Source: Planctomycetaceae bacterium
GTDB lineage: Bacteria > Planctomycetota > Planctomycetia > Planctomycetales > Planctomycetaceae
NCBI GenBank assembly: GCA_046349775.1
Contig: JAXMBS010000010.1
Location: 37,601 to 101,600 of the forward strand
Direction of reading: 5' to 3'
DNA length: 64,000 nucleotides
Shown here: positions 58,490-64,000 of the stretch, piece after piece
How the letters are laid out: each line of letters begins with the position of its first letter
Numbering within the stretch: the stretch's first letter is position 1
Notes under the pieces: model-generated
What the model saw: only the letters and a program-made list of their open reading frames with translations
What the model was told of the DNA's origin: nothing
Database searches by the model: none
Made by a program: the position numbers and the translations under genes

Positions 58490-59140
58490 TTATCCCTCGG
58501 AGCGTGCGGCGCGCATCCGCTCGACGAACGCCGCCGCCAGGCTCTGGATTCGCTGCATGTCGCCGCGTTCCAGGGCGTTTTTCTCGACCAGAGCCGTCCC
58601 CAATCCGACCGCCGATGCCCCGGCCTTCACGAAGGACTGCAGCGTCTCCAGATTGACGCCACCCGTCGGCAGCAGTCGGACGTGCGGCAGCGGACCGTGG
58701 ATCGCCTTCAGGTACGCCGGGCCGCCAACGTCGGCCGGAAACACTTTCACGATGTCCGATCCCGCTTCCCATGCGGACAGGATCTCGGTCGGTGTGAACG
58801 CCCCGGACATCACCAGCTTGTCATACCGCCGACAGGCCTCGATGACCGGCCGGCTGACCACCGGCGTCACAATGAATTCCGCCCCGGCCAGCATGGCAGC
58901 CCGGGCGCTCTCCGCGTCGAGCACTGTTCCGGCGCCGAGGAGGATGCGATTCCCCAGCTTGTCGCGCACGGCGGAGATGATGTCCAGCACGCGTGGCACG
59001 GTGAACGTCACTTCAATGACGTCGATCCCGCCCGCGACCAGCGCCTCGGCGACTTGGACGAGTTTCTCGCCGCTCGTCGCCCGCAGGATGGCGACAATTC
59101 CCCCGTCCAGCACCCGCGACAAATCCGCATGCGCACTCAT
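58490..59140 (-). CDS. eda: 2-dehydro-3-deoxyphosphogluconate (KDPG) aldolase
   Basis: GIVAILR ... GIDVIEVTF ... GAGTV ... FPA ... PTGGV motifs of the KDPG/KHG aldolase family. The start is taken at MSAHADL. Confidence 0.85.
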   Translation of the reverse strand: MSAHADLSRVLDGGIVAILRATSGEKLVQVAEALVAGGIDVIEVTFTVPRVLDIISAVRDKLGNRILLGAGTVLDAESARAAMLAGAEFIVTPVVSRPVIEACRRYDKLVMSGAFTPTEILSAWEAGSDIVKVFPADVGGPAYLKAIHGPLPHVRLLPTGGVNLETLQSFVKAGASAVGLGTALVEKNALERGDMQRIQSLAAAFVERMRAARSEG

Positions 59141-59153
59141 GACCGTCCTTCTT

Positions 59154-59639
59154 TCACGCCGACGCCGCGTACAGTTCCGCATACTCCAGCGACCACAGGT
59201 CGATCAATTCATTGAACGACAGCACGTCCACCTGATTGAGCCGCTGGAAGTTCCGCCGGTGAAAGACCTCTTTGTTGCGGATCGTGCCCTTCCCCACCAG
59301 TTCAATGATCCCTGCCGTGCCCGGCGCCGAGACCGTCATTTCCAGCCGGCTGTAAAGTGTCTTCGGTCCCTCACCGCGATGCACTGCCAGGTCATCCCGG
59401 CTGACGCTGGCTCCCCATGCGTCGTCGCGCATGAGCGGCTGAAAACTGAACCCGGGGAAGTGATCCGCGAGCTTCTTCAGGCAATCCTCAATGTGCTCAA
59501 TGACCTGCAACCGAGTCCGCGAGTAGACGCTTTTCTGCTCCTCTGCCGACAGTTCGCGCGCGGCGGCCGCCCGGCCGGCTTCCGCCCGCGTCTGCTGTCC
59601 GCGCTGAATCGCGCGTTGCAGTCGGTTGTCAAAGTCCAT
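59154..59639 (-). CDS. Hypothetical protein (161 aa), co-directional and abutting eda
   Basis: Clean ORF with protein-like composition. No motif recognised. Confidence 0.5.
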   Translation of the reverse strand: MDFDNRLQRAIQRGQQTRAEAGRAAAARELSAEEQKSVYSRTRLQVIEHIEDCLKKLADHFPGFSFQPLMRDDAWGASVSRDDLAVHRGEGPKTLYSRLEMTVSAPGTAGIIELVGKGTIRNKEVFHRRNFQRLNQVDVLSFNELIDLWSLEYAELYAASA

Positions 59640-59955
59640 ATCCGCGCCTGAAGACTAAGTGAGGATAAGAAATCGATTCTACGGCCGTGCAAACCCGGCC
59701 GCAACGAGCGCGCGGGCGTGGGAGCTCGGTCTCAAAGTTGATTCGCCGTGCCCGTGAGATTGAGCGCAGACCGGTTCACTGATTAGAATAGGGGTCACGC
59801 ATCATCTGCGGTCTCTGGGCCGTCAACAGCGCTCAACATCCTTCCCCGTCGGTGGTTCCGCCGAGGGTTTCCCTATTCGCACTGAGCGCGGCCGACTCAC
59901 GAGATCGCCTGGACGTGCCGCGGCGTCCCCGCCCCGGCGAACTCGGGTACTAGCT

Positions 59956-60519
59956 ATGGTCGGGTTCTCCCCGCCGAACGCCATTGTCAACCGGGTGCTT
60001 CTGGTCGAAAACGACCGGGACGAAGCCGAATTTTTGCGGTCCTTTCTGCAGAAGAAGGGGTTGGATGTCGACGTCGCCAAAGACGGCGGTCAGGCCCATG
60101 CTTCGTTTTCGATGCGTCAACCCGACATCGTCGTCCTCGAATTGCTCCTCCCGAACGCCTCCGGCTTCGAAGTCTGTGAGCAGCTCAAGCGGATTAACAA
60201 CTTCGTTCCAATCATGGTGTTGACCGCCATCGACATGGAGGACGCCCGCGACCTGGCGCGGCGCGTCGGCGCCGACGACTACGTCACGAAGCCGTACGAT
60301 CCGGACGAACTGGTCGTACGGATGCAGCAGAACGCGGATGCAGCATGGAGCCGGCTGCACTATGGGCATGGGTCCGGTTCCGGGAGCGGCGATGACGCCA
60401 AAGTTCGTTTCGAGTGCCCCGACTGCGGCAAACGGCTCAAGGCGAGCTCGACGCATCGGGGCCGCACGTTGAATTGCCCGCGCTGTGGACAGCCGGTGAT
60501 CGTGCCGCGGCACTCATAG
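59956..60519 (+). CDS. Atypical response-regulator receiver domain protein (phospho-acceptor Asp replaced by Glu) with C-terminal Cys4 zinc ribbon
   Basis: Receiver fold with conserved Thr (VLTA) and Lys (VTKP), but IVVLELLLP in place of the LLDLxMP Asp site. GSGSGSG linker, then CPDCG ... CPRCG. Confidence 0.7.
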   Translation: MVGFSPPNAIVNRVLLVENDRDEAEFLRSFLQKKGLDVDVAKDGGQAHASFSMRQPDIVVLELLLPNASGFEVCEQLKRINNFVPIMVLTAIDMEDARDLARRVGADDYVTKPYDPDELVVRMQQNADAAWSRLHYGHGSGSGSGDDAKVRFECPDCGKRLKASSTHRGRTLNCPRCGQPVIVPRHS

Positions 60520-60590
60520 TTCAGACGTCGAGTCGTGGAGCCGAGGCGCGTCGGTCGGGAGTCCATTCCGCCTGTGACACTGGTGATGCC

Positions 60591-61166
60591 ATGTACGTGC
60601 TCGTCGTGCAGACCGGAAAATTCAAGGGCAAGAAGATCAAGGTCGTCGGCTCGGAAGTCCTGATCGGCCGCGATGAGGACGCCGGCATTCGCATCGGCTC
60701 CGACGACGTCAGCCGCGAGCATTGCCTGTTGACCCCGACCGAGCATGGCGTCACTGTCCGCGACCTCGACAGCCGCAATGGCACATTCATCGACGGCGTA
60801 CCGCTCGGCGCCAACGAAGACGCCGTCCTGGCCGTCGGCAGCTCCCTGACCGTCGGGCCGATGACGTTCCAGCTGGCGACGACCCAGCCCCGCAAGACCC
60901 CCAAACACGATCAGGCCGATGCCAAGCAGGGGCTGTCCGACGACGATATCAGCACGTGGCTGACCGAGGCGGACACCGGCGAAATCCTCAGCGCATCGGA
61001 CACGACGATCGTCGTCGGCCGCGATCCGAAGAAGACCTCAGCGCCTCCCATCCAGCCGCCCAAGAAACGCGAGTTCAAGTCGGTCGCCGAAGAGGCCGAG
61101 GACATCTTCCGCCGCTATCGCGAAATGAAAGCCCGCGCCGAGGGGGGCCAGGAGCCGGTCGTCTGA
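60591..61166 (+). CDS. FHA domain-containing protein
   Basis: VLIGRDEDAGIRIGSDDVSREHCLL ... VRDLDSRNGTFIDG FHA signature (G-R, S-R-x-H, N-G-T). The start is set at MYVLVV. Confidence 0.7.
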   Translation: MYVLVVQTGKFKGKKIKVVGSEVLIGRDEDAGIRIGSDDVSREHCLLTPTEHGVTVRDLDSRNGTFIDGVPLGANEDAVLAVGSSLTVGPMTFQLATTQPRKTPKHDQADAKQGLSDDDISTWLTEADTGEILSASDTTIVVGRDPKKTSAPPIQPPKKREFKSVAEEAEDIFRRYREMKARAEGGQEPVV

Positions 61167-61167
61167 T

Positions 61168-61812
61168 ATGCGGATTATCGCCGGGCGATTCCGACGCCGC
61201 CTGCTGCAGACAAACCCGGGTCTCACCACACGGCCGATCACCGATCGCGTCAAGGAGACGCTGTTCGAGCGCATCGACGCATCACTGCGCGACGCCCGGG
61301 TCGCCGACGTCTTTGCCGGGACCGGCACGATCGGCCTCGAAGCCCTCAGCCGTGGCGCTCACAGCGTCGTGTTCATTGAGCAGGATCGCCAGGCCCACGA
61401 ACTCCTGCTGGAGAATGTCGCAGTGCTCGGCGTCGAGGACGTGACAATCTGCTGGCGTACGGACGCCGTGCGTTCGTCGTTCCGGCCGCAGGGGGGCGCG
61501 GACTTCATCCCGTACGACGTCGTCTTCTTCGATCCCCCCTACAAGATGATCGAGGGGCTGCGCAGCGGCTCGCCGCTGTTCAAATCGCTCGAGCGGCTGG
61601 CCCGGCCAACGGTCTCCGCCCCGCGCGCCCGGCTGGTGTTGCGAACTCCCGAACACGCGGAGTTCGATTTGCCCGCGGCCTGGAAACTGGATTGGAAGAT
61701 GACGATGTCCAATATGGACATCCATGTCTGCACAAAGGCGGCTGACGAACTCGGCTCCCCGTCCGACGAGTCGCCCGACTTTGCGGCTGGACAGCGTGAC
61801 ACCAGCGACTGA
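61168..61812 (+). CDS. rsmD: 16S rRNA (guanine966-N2)-methyltransferase
   Basis: MRIIAGRFRRRLL ... TRPITDRVKETLF ... VFAGTGTIGLEALSRGA ... FFDPPY family signature. Confidence 0.85.
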   Translation: MRIIAGRFRRRLLQTNPGLTTRPITDRVKETLFERIDASLRDARVADVFAGTGTIGLEALSRGAHSVVFIEQDRQAHELLLENVAVLGVEDVTICWRTDAVRSSFRPQGGADFIPYDVVFFDPPYKMIEGLRSGSPLFKSLERLARPTVSAPRARLVLRTPEHAEFDLPAAWKLDWKMTMSNMDIHVCTKAADELGSPSDESPDFAAGQRDTSD

Positions 61813-61845
61813 CAATTGACGATCAACTGAACCGCGAGTCACGGC

Positions 61846-63045
61846 ATGCGCTGGGGATTGTTTGCTCTCGTCCTGCTGATATCGCTGGTGGCGATCGTCG
61901 CTGTCGCCGTTGTGCCCCTGGAGCCCGCGCCGGCGCCGAAAACTTCCCCAGTCTCGGCCCTCAATCCGCCCGCGGGTCCACAAGTCGGCGTTGTCCGTGA
62001 CGGGTCTGGCTCAGCCACCGAGCCGCCGCTCCTCGTCGAGGCGCCCGGTCCGGCGCCCCCCGGCATGGTCTGGATCCCCGGCGGCACGTTCGTCATGGGA
62101 GACCGACGCGGCGCGCCGCACAAGAATCCGGAGCATCTGGAAGAGATTCCGGAGCATCACGACTCTCAGTATGAGCACGAGGTCACTCTCGACGGTTTCT
62201 GGATGGACGCCACGGAGGTCACGAACCGGCAGTTCCAGGAGTTTGTGGCCGCCACCGGTTTTGTGACCGACGCCGAACGTCAACGGACGCTCGACGAGTT
62301 CGCCGGACAGATTCCAGAAGGCATCGAGGTTGCGCAGGAGCTGCTGGCGCCGGGGTCGATCTGTTTCAATCCGGCGTTCGATCCCTCGAAAGTCGACAAG
62401 CAACAAGTCGGCTGGATCTACGCCGGCGGCATCTGGAAGGTACAGCCCGGCGCAAGTTGGAAAGCACCGGAAGGGCCAGGCTCATCCATTGACGACCGCC
62501 TCGAGCACCCGGTCGTGCACGTTTCGTGGAACGATGCCGTCGCCTACTGCAAATGGGCCGGCAAGCGGCTCCCGACGGAAGCGGAATGGGAATACGCCGC
62601 CCGCGGCGGCCTCGCCGGCAAGCACTACCCGTGGGGAGACGAGCCGCGTCCGTCCGGACAGGCCCAGTGGCCGCACAATATCTGGCAGGGAAACTTTCCG
62701 TTTGAGAACAAGCTTGAAGACGGCGCCCAGGCCACGGCACGGGTTCGCACGTATTCCCCGAACGGGTACGGTCTCTACGACATGACCGGCAACGTGTGGG
62801 AATGGTGCGCCGACTGGTATCGACCGGACTACTACCTCGACTCGCCGCGACGAAACCCGCGGGGCCCCGACGGCAGCTTCGATCCCCAGGAGCCGACGAT
62901 CCCCAAGCGCGTCCAGCGTGGGGGCTCGTTTATGTGCAGCGACACCTACTGCATTGGCTACAGCGTGCATTCCCGGATGAAGGGGGAGGTCTCCGGGGGA
63001 ACTTTCCACACCGGGTTTCGGTGCGTGCAGGACGGCCGACCGTAA
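61846..63045 (+). CDS. Formylglycine-generating enzyme (FGE-sulfatase / SUMF1) family protein
   Basis: HPVVHVSWNDAVAYCKWAGKRLPTEAEWEYAARGG ... GNVWEWCADWY ... RGGSF are canonical FGE-sulfatase domain motifs. Signal/TM at the N-terminus. Confidence 0.85.
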   Translation: MRWGLFALVLLISLVAIVAVAVVPLEPAPAPKTSPVSALNPPAGPQVGVVRDGSGSATEPPLLVEAPGPAPPGMVWIPGGTFVMGDRRGAPHKNPEHLEEIPEHHDSQYEHEVTLDGFWMDATEVTNRQFQEFVAATGFVTDAERQRTLDEFAGQIPEGIEVAQELLAPGSICFNPAFDPSKVDKQQVGWIYAGGIWKVQPGASWKAPEGPGSSIDDRLEHPVVHVSWNDAVAYCKWAGKRLPTEAEWEYAARGGLAGKHYPWGDEPRPSGQAQWPHNIWQGNFPFENKLEDGAQATARVRTYSPNGYGLYDMTGNVWEWCADWYRPDYYLDSPRRNPRGPDGSFDPQEPTIPKRVQRGGSFMCSDTYCIGYSVHSRMKGEVSGGTFHTGFRCVQDGRP

Positions 63046-63062
63046 CCGTTTGTAACGGTGCG

Positions 63063-64000
63063 CTACTTTCCGTCTTGCAGCATCTCTCGCGCTGCATTTC
63101 GCCCGCAGGCCCCCATTACGCCGCCGCCGGGATGCGCCGCACTCCCGCACACGTACAGGCCGCGGATCGGCGTCCGATAATCGCTCCACCCGGGCACCGG
63201 CCGCAGGTTGAACAACTGGTGCAGGCTCACTGCCCCCTGGAAGATGTTGCCGCCCGTCAGGCCAAATGTCCGTTCCAGGTCGACTGGCGAGAGCACCTGC
63301 CGGTGCAGGATCGATCCGGGAAAGTTCGGCGCATAGCGCGCGACCTCGGCGATGCAGCGGTCAGCGAACTCCTCCTTCCGCGAGTCCCAGTCGCCGTGCG
63401 CGAGCTGGTACGGGGCATACTGCACGAACATCGAAATCACGTGATGCCCCGGCGGCGCCAGCGACGCATCGACCACGCTGGGAATCGTCATCTCAATCAC
63501 CGGATGTGCCGACGGTTCGCCGTACTTGGCGTCGTCATACGCGCGCTCGATGTATTCCGGCGTCGCCCCGATGTGGATCGTCCCATGATGCTGCGGCCCC
63601 GGCGCCGTCCCCGGTGCACACGTGAAGCTCGGCAGCTCCCGGACCGCCAGGTTGATCTTCAGCGAGGCGCTGGAGTAGTCGATCCGCTCCACGGCGCGGG
63701 TGAATCCCTCCGGCAAGTGCGCCGAGCCGACCAGTTGCAGAAACGTCAGCCGTGCATCGACGCAGCTGGCGATGGTCCGCGCGGAAATCGTGTCACCTTC
63801 CGCAATCCGGACGCCGGTCGCGCGACCATCTCGAACTTCGATCCGCTCAACCGCCGCGTTCGTCCGAATCTCGACGCCCCGTTCGCGCGCCGCCGCCGAC
63901 AGTGCCTGCGAGAGTCCCCCCATCCCGCCCCGCACGTAACCCCAGACTCCCCGCGCGCCCCCCGACGACCCCATGACGTGATGGAGCAGCACGTATGCCG
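63063..64000 (-). CDS. FAD-dependent oxidoreductase (phytoene-desaturase/amine-oxidase superfamily), C-terminal part; gene continues beyond the window
   Basis: C-terminal region GLYVCGSAAHPGGGVMGA typical of this superfamily. The frame is open to the window edge. Confidence 0.6.
   Translation of the reverse strand, partial: AYVLLHHVMGSSGGARGVWGYVRGGMGGLSQALSAAARERGVEIRTNAAVERIEVRDGRATGVRIAEGDTISARTIASCVDARLTFLQLVGSAHLPEGFTRAVERIDYSSASLKINLAVRELPSFTCAPGTAPGPQHHGTIHIGATPEYIERAYDDAKYGEPSAHPVIEMTIPSVVDASLAPPGHHVISMFVQYAPYQLAHGDWDSRKEEFADRCIAEVARYAPNFPGSILHRQVLSPVDLERTFGLTGGNIFQGAVSLHQLFNLRPVPGWSDYRTPIRGLYVCGSAAHPGGGVMGACGRNAAREMLQDGK

Overview
High-GC chromosomal segment from a bacterium that looks like Planctomycetota, most plausibly a Pirellula-like lineage. 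That assignment rests on three DUF1501 genes (one with a frameshift), one PSCyt1/DUF1549/DUF1553 (PSD1-type) giant protein, an FGE-sulfatase maturase, Tat-signal oxidoreductases and many secreted low-complexity proteins. About 50 protein-coding genes are supportable.

Housekeeping genes that are confidently recognisable:
- Metabolism and transport: folE, gnd, eda, rimO, rsmD, pgsA, a cobA-hemD fusion, livH/livM permeases, proline dehydrogenase, a thioredoxin.
- Peptidases: an M32 carboxypeptidase and an M50/CBS protease.

These are interleaved with lineage-specific genes:
- A Gfo/Idh/MocA - DUF1501 - amidohydrolase - DUF1501 - PSD1 cluster.
- Two translationally coupled type-I phosphodiesterase paralogs followed by a membrane-anchored LtaS/EptA-like transferase.
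- A coiled-coil RmuC/DUF2130-like PD-(D/E)xK protein carrying a triple internal repeat.
- A secreted Cys-rich protein with TGNC hexad repeats.
- A flotillin-like SPFH protein.
- A receiver(Asp->Glu)/zinc-ribbon plus FHA pair.

No rRNA, tRNA, CRISPR array, transposase or integrase was found.

The non-coding space is unusually structured. I see at least six small repeat families:
- A ~180-nt nested-hairpin element duplicated upstream of two neighbouring genes.
- 73-nt AC/GT-rich hairpins flanking one DUF1501 gene.
- An ~80-nt double-hairpin element.
- A GGGAGGGCGAGGCTCC motif.
- GAATG-periodic arrays in promoter positions.
- AT-rich TTGATGGTTGATCG palindromes.

Three genes carry one or more reading-frame disruptions while long neighbouring genes are intact: DUF1501 at 4.2-5.7 kb, a blaR1-like M56 gene at 40.6-41.8 kb, and an rluA-like gene at 45.5-46.4 kb. 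This points either to genuine pseudogenes or to local sequence errors.
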